Both the position numbers and the translations under genes were made by a program. A DNA stretch of 64,000 nt from Hydrolagus colliei (Eukaryota), in the NCBI GenBank assembly GCA_035084275.1, contig CM068756.1, positions 4,774,001 through 4,838,000 on the forward strand, written 5' to 3'. The notes under the pieces were generated by a model that saw only the letters and a program-made list of their open reading frames with translations, did no database searches and had not been told where the DNA came from. Of this stretch, positions 1-12,203 are shown one piece after another (position 1 is the first letter of the stretch; each line of letters opens with the position of its first letter).

Positions 1-2523
1 CAGATATGCGAAGCCTTCATCTCCACTCTCTACATGTGACAGAATAGAGTTAAGTACCGTACTCTGTTAAGACTAAAAGTGTAAAGCCTTTCAAGTCAAT
101 AATCAAGAAAGATTAAACAGATGGTGAGATTTCAGTTTTTTTTAAATAAAAGTGCACCATTTGACCAAATGAAATAGAGCACCATCAGATTTTCAGCTCC
201 CCATAGAAAGCAAATTAAAGAGGGTATTTAATGTGAGTTCTTTATTAGAGAGAGAGCAAGGAACCGTGGCAGTATATCAAATAAATGTTAGCGAAGGGGA
301 ATGTTGTGGAAAACTTCCCTACTAAAACATCTCATATAGATAGTTTTTATATGTACTGTATATAATGTATATATGTTACTCTTCCTATACAATACTTTTG
401 AAAACAATTTCGACTGCTATTTTATGGTAATAACAGGATCCTTTTCTAACTATAAAGTGAAATTGGTGGACTTGTGCCAGCTATGGGGAGGCCCGTCTCT
501 GCATGTCCCATTTGCATACGTTCTTTGCAATGTTTGTTCGTGCAATGTCTCCTTTTGATATGCTGTGCTAAGTGATTTGGGCTATTTTTCTGTCTTCTTC
601 TCTCTTCAGCATTTCTAAATAACCTTTTACTTTCCGAGCTTTGATTTCACTCTCCGCAGATCAGATATGCTATCTTACAGCTCAGATCTCTCCCTTTGTT
701 GGCTCTGTCCTCCGAGTCTGGAGGTTTTGAGGCTGCCTCACCAAGGACCATCAGATGCTGTCCTGCCATTTGCAGCCAAACTTCCACTGCTGAGGTTACT
801 TTACAAAGACTCTTCATTTCAATCTCTGAAAAGCGATTCATTGCTATCAAAATCCAACAGAATACATTAGAAGCCATTGCAAAGTCTTCCTTAGTCGTTT
901 GAAACAATATAGACAACAAACAGCCTATACCAAGCAGGAAGCCAGTACTTTCTTGAATGCTTAATACCTTTCAGTTTATGCAAACGCTTGAGATATTGCC
1001 ACTGTGCGTGAAGAAGGGCGTATATAACTGCAAGTTATTGTTGTTGTATTGCTGACAAAACCAAATAGATATGTTTCTTGAGAATGAAGACGTAAGTTTT
1101 TTTTTCTCGCTGTTTGGTATTTTGAAAGAAATAACCCTCTTCACATTTTTAGCAACTTTGTCTGGAAGACTGTTATAAGCGTGATAAAATAAAGTATCAC
1201 ACTTTCACAAAAGCAGGAAGGTTTTGCCTTCCATCAAGTCTATTATTGTTACGATTCAACGTTTCAAAAATAGCAATTGAGATGGAATGCATGGCTACAA
1301 GCCTTTTTTCAACCTGGAGTTGAATGAGGTTCAGACTTCTGTGTAAGCATATATAACCTAGATTTGCCCTGAAGCCACAAAATGCAGACCCGATAGTGGA
1401 GGGACAAAAAATCCATCTTTATTTGAGAAATGTCGCCACAAGGTATTTGTGAGCAGCAGTAAGGATTAGAAAACAAAGACAATGCCACTTGTAAGGGTTT
1501 GAGAGGTCAGAGTATTTACTGCTAATCTCAGCACAAAGTAATCGCCATCATTCTCTAAAAAAAACGTTCTCTGACACTGCCGAGATGTGAAAAGCCTTAA
1601 TTTATACAACTAGCCTGCAGGTTAAATTAACCCACTGTTATTAAAACTCATCTTCCATCATTTACTATTAGGTGATGGTTTGCTGCACAATATTTTCCAC
1701 CTTTGTGTTCGAATACTAATACAGCTACTATATAGACCAGATAAAGGGAACCAGTCTCCTTTAAATCTGCATCACTAGTTTCCACTAATTTATTGGTGCT
1801 GCTGACCTGAAAGGACCAAATTGTCCACCTGCCATCCTTCAGTTGCCAATTCAATGAGCACTAACAAAGTTTGCTATTATACAAGATATTTTATGATTCG
1901 ATGGGGAAGGAACGCCATGGGTCAGGAGACAAATTTCAAGCTAACACAGTCTTAGCTGGTGTTCCCCTTATGTTACAGGAAGGATTTTGTACATTTTAGA
2001 GTCTCCGCTAAATAATGTACAGCTTATACTGTCTTGGGACCCCCATACAAACTAGCTGGGTACTGTTACATTGGACAAGTGCAGCACGAACACAATATAC
2101 TGTACATTGGAGCAACTGTGAACCAATACAAAAGTGGCAGTTGCTTGTCATAGAGTGAATTTGCTTAGGATCTTAGTCAAAGCTCTCTGGAAGGACATTA
2201 AGCACACTTCTCTTGCAGTGTTCCACCTCAACTGCTCCAAGAAAAGAGTTAACATTGCTTTCTCACCTACCTCGCAATGGTGCTTGCTCTTTGAAAGGAA
2301 GACACAGTCAGCCATCACTTTAACACCATCCAAGCAACTTACTGATCTGACAGAGGGTTAAAAAGCGATTTCAAAGACAAACATTATTGAAACTGGAGTG
2401 ACGGAAAGTCAGTCTATAATAGAAACACACACCGAATGTTTTTACATCTAGGGAAATCAGAAGATAAACAGATTCCAACCGATCGTCAATGCGTTCAATA
2501 AGTCAAGATACTGTTCAGAGCTG

Positions 2524-2645
2524 ATAATAATAATAATAGAATGAATAATAAATAATCCGTGCATTCGATATAGTGTCTTTCATGCCAGGAGGGTGTCTCA
2601 AATTGCTTTGCAGGATTTACTGTAGATTGTAGAAAGTGTGTATTG
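2524..2645 (-). mobile_element. 3' fragment of the tRNA-headed SINE family (ATT-repeat tail)
   Basis: (AAT)n followed by tgcattcgatatagtgtctttcat...gtctcaaattgcttt, similar to the tail of the full copy at 17111-17400. Confidence 0.7.
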
Positions 2646-2656
2646 TCATATCACCT

Positions 2657-2722
2657 CAGCCCCTTGGGACGTCCTCCAGACGTGAAAGGTGCTATGCAGG
2701 TGTAATTTTGTTGTTGATGTTG
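2657..2722 (+). mobile_element. L2 LINE terminal stem-loop and (GTT)n tail only
   Basis: ttgggacgtcctccagacgtgaaaggtgctat...ttttgttgttg matches the 3' end of the longer L2 copies at 8679 and 31265. Confidence 0.75.
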
Positions 2723-3662
2723 TAAAACTCACACTTTGCGTAAATCATATTAAACATATGGTCCCAACTGCTACGACGTATGTCAAGTTTATTTTAGGAA
2801 TAGCCTACGTAGAAGAGGATCTTACAAAATATAAAATGTGCAGAGTCAACCCTTTTTATTGCTAAAGTCAAAGTGGAGGTTCCCTCTGGGGTCTGCCTTC
2901 TCAAAGGCAAAAGGATTTTAGTCAGTAACATGCACCTATCATTGCTTTTGTCCAGAAAATTACTTTTACAGATTTCCACCACAAGAATGTTTGGAATATC
3001 TGTGGGAAAAACCTTAACCAGATGGTTTCGTAGAATAATTGTTGCAAACAGTTTTTTTTGCATCAGCTGAGGTAATGCGCTTGCACTGAAACCACTTAGT
3101 TTTTGCTGCAGATTTATGAATAATCACATCTGACAGTGTTGGGTCTCCGAGCATCAAATTGCAGCACCCTTCAGAAACCCCGAAGGCCCCTCCTTTCACA
3201 TCGTCCTGGCAAAGTAGATTTTCTTCAACTTTCTGGCAAATGTTCTATGGTAAGGAACGTGCAAGGAAATTACGGATTCTTTTAAATGCAAGATTGCGAG
3301 AATTAAACACGAAATGACAGGAGAAATGCGATTTTGTGGATCAAATATCTGGATACTGCTATGCGCTGTTTGTGAAATAATAGAAGTCCAAAGCAGTCTT
3401 ACCAGTTGAGGACATTCTGTGGTAAAATTCTTATTTTCGGTCTCCTGGGCCACAACATATTCTCTGGCTGAGCAGCAAGCCGGCGCACCGGCTGTTAGCC
3501 CTCTGTCAACAACACTCCTGATGTAGCCGCAAACCTATACAAGTTATTCTGACTTGCCCTGGTTTCCTTCTTGCCTTGAGCACAAGCTCAGAGCCTCCAT
3601 TTCCACCCATGCGGATAAATGCATCATCCTGCCATGAAGTGACGCAACCAATTTGCCAACCT

Positions 3663-4122
3663 TCCCAAATTACTGGTTTGGTTTGTATGGCTCAGTCTCA
3701 CACTAACCTGCAGGCAGCATACAAGGGATGGAAAAGTCCCACAACGATAAGACATGGCAAAAAGGGAATAACATTAATCCATCAAGGAAACTTGGAAGTG
3801 TCTTCCCAGTTTACATCTTTGGCACTTTGAGAATTAGTGGAGCATCGATAAGTAAAGGCACATATTCTAATCAGATCGGTCTCTTTGGTGGAAATGTTGA
3901 ATCAGGTCACCAACTATATATCAATGGGTCTTTGTGCATGTGACTCAAGCAACTGAGAAAATGCTTCCAGATTTCCTTGATGGTATAATGTTATTCACTT
4001 TTTTGTACGTCTTATCTTCACAGGACTTTTCAAGCCCTTGCACACTACCCCACCACCAATTGTTTATTCAATGAATCTCTTGGCCATGAGAAATTGAGCC
4101 ATGTGCAAACCAGGAATATGGT
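3663..4122. mobile_element. Palindromic MITE-like element with long inverted arms
   Basis: 3713-3811 aligns without gaps to the reverse complement of 3951-4049 (about 75/99 identical); outer arms 3663-3700 and 4087-4122 also match; no coding capacity. Confidence 0.75.
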
Positions 4123-4132
4123 TAGATAAAAT

Positions 4133-4198
4133 TACATAGACAATACAGCACGAAAACAGGCAATTCAACTCAACTAATCCATGCCGTTGTTTATACTG
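4133..4198 (-). mobile_element. CR1-type LINE 3' end fragment
   Basis: acatagacaatacagcacgaaaacaggcaattc... is the reverse complement of the CR1 3' end seen at 46660-46705. Confidence 0.55.
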
Positions 4199-4224
4199 AG
4201 CTTCAATGTCTGTGCTTAGTTAGC

Positions 4225-4510
4225 CCTTTGGCCTAAATACAATTGGCTTAAATACTCCTGAGCTAGAAGAGAAACAAATCAGCTGGGTTCCCCTCCAACC
4301 AGTCACTCGTTTGGGAAGCATAGCATCAGGCTTGGCTATGAATCTCTGCATAGTTTAACAGCTTCAAAAGCTCACTATTTAGGCTCACACGAAGAATGGC
4401 CATTTGAGTAAGGCGCACATGTGATTTTCGATGGAACGATATTACAGAGTTATAATTGCAGTTATTAATACCTAGCCCAGCACAAGTTGGCACGTAAAGG
4501 ATAGGAAGGA
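4225..4510 (+). mobile_element. LF-SINE-like ancient SINE relic
   Basis: ctcactatttaggctcacacgaagaatggccatttg resembles the LF-SINE core as recalled (CTCACTGTCTAGGCTCACACATGAAGAATGGCCACTTG) and cross-matches copies at 7086, 13437 and 20505. Confidence 0.7.
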
Positions 4511-6206
4511 AAAGAAGAATACGCCCATCCTTTTATTATTATACTTATTATCCTCCAACACAAAACAGATATTTCCAGTTTTGTATGCACTAATTACCAA
4601 CATGTGTCAACATAGGTTTGCACTGGGCATACACACCTTGAATGCAACCTCCACTTTTAGTACCTACATGTATCCTTACGATAGATATTTACACAAGTAC
4701 ATCTCAGTGGCAATACATCCGTATCCTGTATCACCCACCTCCCAATATAAACCTTTCTGCAGATTTGGAAAAAATGGAGCTGCCATATATATATATTTAT
4801 ATATATTTACTTAAGATTCAAATTCAATTTGCATCATACAAAGGGCTGATGTGGAGGAAAGCTGCTTTGAGATCCAAAGCCGAGCACATAATATAGAGGG
4901 AGCCACACAGCATGCCATGGGTCTACAAAGCTATTAAAAATAGCTCCAATGTTCCATTCCTGTCCGAGTCTGCCAATTTGGCTTTGGGACAATACAGCAG
5001 CCCAAGAGACCCACTGATCTTCATACAGTATACATTGCAGAGACCCTTCCCAAAATAAAGATACTTAGGGCTCCCATACATTTTAATAAGTCCTGCCTAA
5101 CACCTCTTTAAAACCATGAATGAAATCTACATGAAATGAAGCACAGAACCAACTGCGGGAATAAGCAGGACTCTGCCAAGTTTCGGAGAGTGGTATGCGG
5201 GCTTTTATATATTATATTTATTACAAACTGCAATTGTACCTCTATAATCACATTCCATTCAATATTCAGCATCACTGAATAAGTATATAGCTGCTAGTGT
5301 CATAGGTGAATACAGCACAGAACTGCAATGCAACATTTAAGCATATACTTGATATAAAAAAAAAGGGAAAATGCCAAATGAATCCAATTTCACCCATAAT
5401 ACATTTTGCTCCAGTGGTACATTTTGACAGTAGCTTTTCTCCATCTACTTTTGCAGCTGCTCATCTGCATTACATTGGTCCATCATGGAGGCCAGACACA
5501 GAATGCCCTATGAATTCCAAAGTAAAATGTCAACAACTCTCTGTTGGGACTGAGTAATCACAACAGGGACAGTCACGTAAGGCACTTTGCAGCAGTCCAG
5601 CCGGGCGCAACTCAACTCCCGTTGATTGTTGGGCTTGAGTTATCAGCACCTAGGGAGATTGAGTCCTGTAAACACTGAACTTACTTGAACTTCCAGAGTG
5701 TTTTCATTCTGGCATCTGTAAAATGGTATTTCCTTTTCAAATTTACATTGAAGACATTTGGCACTATTAGCAAATTGATTTGAACTTCAAAAGTTTTACA
5801 ATCCATTCACAACTCATGGTGAGTTCTTCAAGCAGATTGAGACATGTGGTTTTAGTCAGGCACACCTCGGTGTATTTGCAGGGCTACACAATGAATGGAA
5901 AAGTTCTGTATCAGCCAGATACTCTGTAATTTCCAAATGAAAGGAGATCGTGTATATTTTCTTGCATTCAATCCATAGGAAAGACAAAGTTGTTGCAAAC
6001 TTAATGAGTCCTTCAAGTAAAAGAATTTTGCTTTCCAAAGGCTAATGTTCCATGCTGGTGTGAACTGTTTTTCACAAAGCGAACACTGACAGGAATTCTA
6101 ATAGACATCCAAGATAATGCGATAGAAATTGCTTCAAAATCTATAAGATGTCTGCACCCTTGAATTCAGTCAATTTTGAAATTCAAGGATTACATGCGTT
6201 CAGAGT

Positions 6207-6330
6207 ATAACAATAATATCAATGATCCTTACATTTGATGCAGCGCATTATCATGCCGTCAAAACATCTCAAAGCGCTTCACAGGGTTTACAGTAAAGTA
6301 CAGTGTTTGTGTACTTTGTGAGTGAAATGC
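6207..6330 (-). mobile_element. SINE 3' tail fragment
   Basis: atccttacatttgatgcagcgcattatcatg...catctcaaagcgcttcacag matches the shared SINE tail. Confidence 0.65.
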
Positions 6331-6444
6331 AGTTCAGAGTGATGTTATTCTATGCAATCATTGATTGTTCGTTGACAACAAATAAATTAGCTCCAGAAAT
6401 ATGGCACAAATTTTGTTCATTGTGAGAAAAACACATTTACCAGA

Positions 6445-6650
6445 GGCCGGAGCCACCGCCAAAGCCAACCCTGTTCATTCTAGATATCCACCCACCCACA
6501 TCTAGCATGGGGGATATCATCAGGAATAGGAAGTCTGTTTGGTTTTTTCCCCCTCTAATCTCCTATTAGCTAATCAACTAACTCCTCCTGAATCAGGAAC
6601 CAATTGGTTTAGCTTGAGTGTTCAGCTCAATACCACATACTGCATTACCC
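6445..6650 (-). mobile_element. LF-SINE-like relic (5'/middle part)
   Basis: aaagccaaccctgttcattctagatatccac...atcaggaataggaagtctgtttggttttttcccctc resembles the recalled LF-SINE reverse strand and the copy at 20565-20690. Confidence 0.55.
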
Positions 6651-7039
6651 AAATAATGTGTGTTGTCCACCCAGTCATTAAAAGAAGTGGCAGTCGCATA
6701 CTCCTTCCAATCTCACTTCACCCTCATCCCCCATACTGTGCAGCGTGACAACCAGCTTTTACCTCTTATTCACTGGTTATTGATCTGGAAGCTGCAGCCC
6801 TCAGGAGCTCAAGGATGTGGCGCACTTTAGTTCAGCTACAAATGCGGATGTTTGTATAATGTACGCTAAAATGGTCAAGGAGGAATTGCAAAGAACAGAG
6901 AGACACTGCAAATAGGCTGAGATAGAACAGAAACAACAGAAACACTCGGACAGAACAAGGGAAGTGCATTTGTTCATCCAATGAAATTAGAAAGTTCAAT
7001 GTATTCAGCAGTTCTTTATGGGGCCACTAAAAAAAAACT

Positions 7040-7340
7040 CCTCTCATGAGTCTTGGCTGATGGTCTGCTCCCTCACTAAAACATCTATTCTTCATTTGTG
7101 AGACAAGCCAACGAGTATTGGCAAGTAATGTGACTGGAGGTTGGAAAGAAAGCAGGCCAACAACATAGCAATGTCCTAACAAGTGGCCACATGTGCTCAC
7201 ATCCAGGACGATTCACTAGATGTTAATCAAAACTGCTTATCCTTTGCCTAATCCAAAAGTGCTCATTCCTACTGATATCTTTGGTGTGATCAGCTAACGT
7301 GGTACATTCAAAGGATCGAGCCTGGTACAGTCCTGGTAAC
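7040..7340 (-). mobile_element. LF-SINE-like relic
   Basis: tattcttcatttgtgagacaagccaacgagtattggcaag core, with a decayed tRNA-like head near ggatcgagcctgg. Confidence 0.55.
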
Positions 7341-8678
7341 TTATACCTTGCTGTTCAATAGTTCTTCACTGGAGCAGGGATGGCAGCCGAGTAGTACTGA
7401 ATTAAACAGCATCTCTCTTATTACTGGAGCTAAACAGAAGTGGGGAAGGCGCTGCAGAACTTTTGTATGGTCTTACATGTGAGACCAGACAGATTTATTC
7501 TGGAAATAAACGTTGCAGAAGCTTGCACAAATGACATACAGCAATGATGGGTCATGGTAGGTCGCCTTTTCTTTCCAAACTGGCTATTTTCACATCAAAG
7601 TAAACTCATGTTGTCAATAGTCTGCAGCCTCCATTTAACGCATTAACTGTTCCTATCTTGTTCACTTTTCAGTAGTCAATAACAGCTTCTCTCTATCATC
7701 AGTGACACTGCACGATTTTGGATTGCATAACCCAGACAGGGCTTCAACTACACATTACTGTATGTCATGGGGTCTACTGTACAGAACAGGGCATGCACTG
7801 GATTATATCAAACCGCAATCCAGAGTGCTACATAAGTTCTCATTCCCACTCATAATTCATTTCTGCTTCTACAAGGTTGACAGAAAGTCACAAATTTGAT
7901 TCTACTCAGTTATGTATGTGTTTTTTAAAAAATATAGAACCATTTCAATTCGGAAATATAAATTCTCGTGTAAATTAAACATGCGAGAAGCGGTAATAAT
8001 CTGAGAATACAATATTACCATATTTCCTCAGTATCAGGCCATCAGATAAATCCAACCAGTACAGCCTTTTCAGGGTTCATAGGCACCACACAAGAGACAA
8101 CAATTCAGTCCATTGTGCCAGGGCTATACTTTCAGCTATGCATTGCTTTTGAAATGGCACCTTATCACATCTTCAATATGTCTCATATATAGGTGCTGTG
8201 TATTTTGTGGATGAAATAAGTTATTAATAGATAATAATCAAATCATAAATAATCTGTTTAGAGGTAATTTATTCTGCCATACTTTTGGTATATGTTCTGA
8301 ATCTGAATGTATGGTATATGTTTCCATACCTAGACACAAATCCTGAGTGTGTTTGAAACAAGGGTATTACATATGGTTGACTCACAGCTCAACTCATTTA
8401 CACATCTTGATACAAGTAAAGGACCTGGATTAGCAGGAGTTTGCATTCCAGGTTTTTATTGTAAGAGCCAGGAGTTTTCACAATGTTGCTAAGCAACAAC
8501 ACCTCTAAAATCAACAAAATAACATGCATCCTCTCTGGCACAATGGGTACCTGTTTATAAAACTAAAGCAGGTAACTCAAAGCCAACAAACAGAGTTATG
8601 TGAACTATCAGTTCTGCTGGGCCTGGGAGTTCAAATTCAGGCACTCTCGGAGGCAAAAGCAAACTTGCTGTCAGCCTT

Positions 8679-8995
8679 ACAACAACAACAAAATTGCAAT
8701 TATAAAGCACTTTTCACGTCGGGAGGACGTCCCAAAGCGCTGAATAGTCAGGTCGGGTCCCAAGCCGGGGGATGGAGGGTCAGGGTAGAGGGAAAGGGAA
8801 GGAGAGTGGGAGAGGGTGAAGGCTTAGTAGGGCAGCTGAAGGCACAGTCAAAGAGGAAGGTCTTGAGACCGGCCTTGAAGGAGGAAAGGGAGGAAGCAAG
8901 GCAGAGGGGCTGCGGGATGGAGTTCCACAGTGTGGGAGTAGAGAGGCTGAAAGCCCAGCCTCCGATGGTTGGGCGGTTAGGGCAGTTAGGGCAGT
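8679..8995 (-). mobile_element. L2 LINE 3' end (ORF2 C-terminus, 3' UTR, (GTT)n tail)
   Basis: Minus strand reads ...PTIGGWAFSLSTPTLWNSIPQPLCLASSLSSFKAGLKTFLF, the typical L2 ORF2 C-terminal motif, then the stem-loop GGGACGTCCTCCCGACGTGAAA and tail. Confidence 0.9.
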
Positions 8996-9004
8996 GAGAT
9001 CAGG

Positions 9005-9417
9005 TACTTATCTGATAGCTACTCTGGTGCATGAGTTAGAAGGTTTTGGGTTCAAGCTCCACTTCCAGCTGACATTCCCAAACTGTGCTTGGAATAAGAT
9101 GTCTTGTTGGAGATGTCAACCTTTTGATGGGATGCTAAACCAAGGTCCCACTTGCCTGTTCACGTGGATATTAAAGATCCTATAGCCCTACTTGAAAAAG
9201 AGAAACAAATTTCTCCCAGTGTCCGGGCAAACAACACCCAATGTAAAATTGGCCATCGATTCATTGCTGTTTGTGGGACATTGCTGTATGAAAATCGGCT
9301 ATTACATTCAACTCCCAAATACACAGTCACTACACTACACGGTAAATCCTGTGAAGTGCTTTCAGACAGCCCCTGACCTGAAAGGCACTACATCAAATCA
9401 AGGATTATTTATTATTA
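9005..9417 (+). mobile_element. DeuSINE (SacSINE1/AmnSINE-type Deu domain) with decayed tRNA-like head
   Basis: B-box-like gggttcaagctcc, Deu-like core taaaccaaggtcccacttgcctgttcacgtggatattaaagatcc...cattgctgtttgtgggacattgctgt, and an ATT tail. Confidence 0.75.
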
Positions 9418-10317
9418 AACAAATGTTTGTATTGGCCCAACAAGGTAAACATGAAAAGATTGAATGATCCTCAAAAAATGTCAGAGAAACTCAAATCATT
9501 TCACAATCCAGTCACCCTTCACTAAAGACCACCGTGAATGAAAGCAGTGGTTGTTTCTAAATTGAGATTAAGAACCACCTCATTAGCGCAAAACTTGTTA
9601 TTTCAGAGCAATATTAATGGGCAATCAGAACATTTTGGATCAGGCCCATGTCTTCTTTTGTTGTCCGAGAATTCTAGGAAAGTAAATCAAGAAACTGTAC
9701 AGAAATAAACAGGCGCATCATGCCACCAACTAGGCTAACAAACAAACCTGAAGTACTGTACATAGTTACTATCTGGGACATCACAACTGTGTCATCCTGA
9801 TTTACAGTATTTATTGCAGACCAACACGCTGGATGAGTCTTGCCAATCAGGAGTTTAATATTGGAAGTCAGTCTATCTTGGCCAGCACAAGGCAAAAGAA
9901 TAACATTAAAAGCTCTCTGCTGCATTGCCAGAAAACATCGACTCAGCTGAACAGAAATGACAGGAGTTGTATTAAAGTATGAATAAAACTTTCTGTGGCT
10001 CACATTTTCACTGAAAACTACCAGCAACTCTCCCGGTCTCACGCTGCAGGAAAGATGTAGCTGATACTAATAATTAAATCAAACCACAGAGACACCGTTA
10101 TATGGTATGACATCATAAATGTGAAAAACAGAAATATTTGAAGCCTTTTCCGTAAAGTGGTTTGCAATTTTTTTTCTCCAAAAAGCAAGAACTAAGAGCT
10201 CAACTGTACTAACAGCCAAATGTGAAAATCCATAAACCCAGCCACAACATTTTGAAGAGGTTTTGCTTTTCAGTACAATTAATCATTTAAAAAAAACTTA
10301 GAAAGCAATGCACTTAC

Positions 10318-10412
10318 CTCACAGCTATCCGGCTGGATGTGAGAGATGCATTTCTATGCTGGAAATGTTGTGAGCTAGCAGGACTCCTGCCCTCCACAGC
10401 CTTTCAAGCAGT
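10318..10412 (-). other. Candidate non-coding exon (95 nt)
   Basis: Acceptor cttcttttccacag| and donor GAG|gtaagt are near consensus; all three frames contain stops. Confidence 0.35.
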
Positions 10413-10994
10413 CTGTGGAAAAGAAGTCTACATAAGTGACTACAGCCAGAAGAATGAAGCTCACGCCCCCCAGTCTCTGCAGCCAGTAGCACAGGATTTT
10501 GTGTGGAAGTAGAAGCCAAGAAAGACAACTTGATTTATCTGCCTGAAGTCCTGCCCAGTTCTTGGCAACAAACTGACAAGAGAGTCACTCACTGCCCATT
10601 GTAAATGGACAGTCTTTGCCAAGCATCTAAATTACTTCTGTAATCAGCTCTCTGGGGAAGGTTTTTAATTAAAATACCATTATCAAATGTCAAATAATGC
10701 ATGATGTCTATGATTAGAAAAGTACAGTACTTGCAATGACAGGGTCCTACATTTCTGCTAGAAAGGGGAATGATATCAGTTTTGATAACTATCATTTCAA
10801 CATCAAACAACAATCAGCTTATATTTATTTTTTCCCTGTGGTTTGAGAATGTAGTGGGACAGCGCACTACTCGCAGCAACAAGAACCAAAAAATGAATGG
10901 ATGGATGAGGTTTTGCCTTAGACCAGTGTGGCAGTCGTCACATTCTAAATGTGATATCCCCATCGCTGAGGTGTCCGCTCCCAAAGCAATCTGC

Positions 10995-11310
10995 AAATAT
11001 AATAATCTTAATCTGTGCATCACATCATGAGATGTCTCAAAGTACTTCAAAGAAGTACAGCAGCCAACTGTGCACAGCAGTATCCCAAAACAGCCATGGA
11101 TTGGGTAACCAAATTCTTGGAGGGGAGGGATTATTACCCCCAAAAGGAGATCTACCAATTGACTAACAACTGTGTTCCTACTTACTTCTGCGTAAACAGA
11201 GGCGGTGTGGAATAAAAAAACTTGCCTAAGGTCTTGCCCCGCCTGGGAATCAAACCTGGGTCCTCTCGCTTGTGAAGCGAGTGCACTAACCACAATTCTA
11301 CAAGACTCCA
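10995..11310 (-). mobile_element. tRNA-headed SINE, longer variant with ~65-bp extra internal segment
   Basis: Head TGGAGTCTTGTAGAATTGTGGTTAGTGCACTCGCTTCACAAGCGAGAGGACCCAGGTTTGATTCCCAGG; body and tail like the 17111 copy, plus an insert at about 11140-11205. Confidence 0.85.
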
Positions 11311-12142
11311 TAATATGCCAAAGTGACACAGGTGAAATATCCATTTGTTCACAGTTCTTCTTTCTTGTGCTTCCTCTTTTGTGTAATCAATATAAATAGA
11401 TGTCCAAATAAAGATAAATACAGGGGCCTCCACAAATTCTACGATGTTTATTCACCACATTGTAAGGGATTAGAAAGCAGGTAGTTCCCAGGAGATGCAG
11501 CCAATCTCTGCCAAAGAACAAGAATCTGTTTAACCCGTAACAGAATTCCTAAAACAGCCGTGTCATTTATTATGTTCCGTCAGAGACTGTATATTGTTCA
11601 CAGTACTTGCCTCAGTCCTCACAATCAAAGAAAACTAAAAACAAACTCTAAACCTTCAGGCACAATGTCTAAATCCTATCCCTCTACCGAAACCAGAAAT
11701 AATTCTAACAGACTGCAAATTATTCCGTTCGTAAACACATACTAAAAACCCACAAAAAACAATTTTTGTTTTAAAAAAGAAAGCAAAAAATGATCTGCGT
11801 TTGCACCAGTCAAACACTTGAGAGGTAACCTTGTCTGGGAGTGAAAGTTGCCTGTACGGAATACAAGAGTCCCACTGGAAACACTTCCTACAGACTACTG
11901 AGGGCTTCTGCAGCCCGAATGGCCTCTGAATTACTGAGCTGTTCACTCAGGGAATCCTGGTAATGAAAGAAAAACGGAAGAGCTTGTGAGCAGAAGCCTG
12001 GGGTGTGGTAATTTAAGAAGTCAGGGTTAGGGGCAATGAATAAAGTCTTTCAGTCCAGTCCAGTGCAGGCGAAAGGACATGGGCCTGTGGAATTCAAGGT
12101 CTACCCATTGGAGCCAGCAGGAAGACAGATAAGACACATCTC

Positions 12143-12203
12143 TCCTTTGGGACGTCCTCCCGATGTAAAAGGCGCTATACAAATGTGATTTTGTTGTTGT
12201 TGT
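12143..12203 (+). mobile_element. L2 terminal stem-loop and (GTT)n tail only
   Basis: tttgggacgtcctcccgatgtaaaaggcgctatacaaatgtgattttgttgttgttg. Confidence 0.8.

Noticed and set aside
647-924. 90-aa minus-strand ORF with a possible 246-nt phase-symmetric exon (924-679)
   Set aside because: Splice sites are mediocre (donor GCT|gtaaga) and the peptide resembles no family I recognise; it needs tBLASTn or RNA-seq support.
1985-2095. Traces of a CR1-group RT motif (TVWDPH...LDKVQ) across frameshifts; similar faint traces at about 7750, 14150 and 20040
   Set aside because: Too decayed to call without an HMM search.
5595-5670. Small hairpin aactcaa...ttgagtt
   Set aside because: Short imperfect arms with no second copy in the window; compatible with chance.
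8765-8825. G-rich tract with G-quadruplex potential
   Set aside because: It is the complement of the C-rich L2 3' UTR; nothing suggests a separate function.
8524-8997. 157-aa plus-strand ORF, and similar ORFs at 20876 and 31334
   Set aside because: Antisense reading of L2 3' ends, not genes.
10814-11344. 176-aa ORF, and ORFs at 17083, 34571 and 57983
   Set aside because: Chance open frames through SINE sequence.
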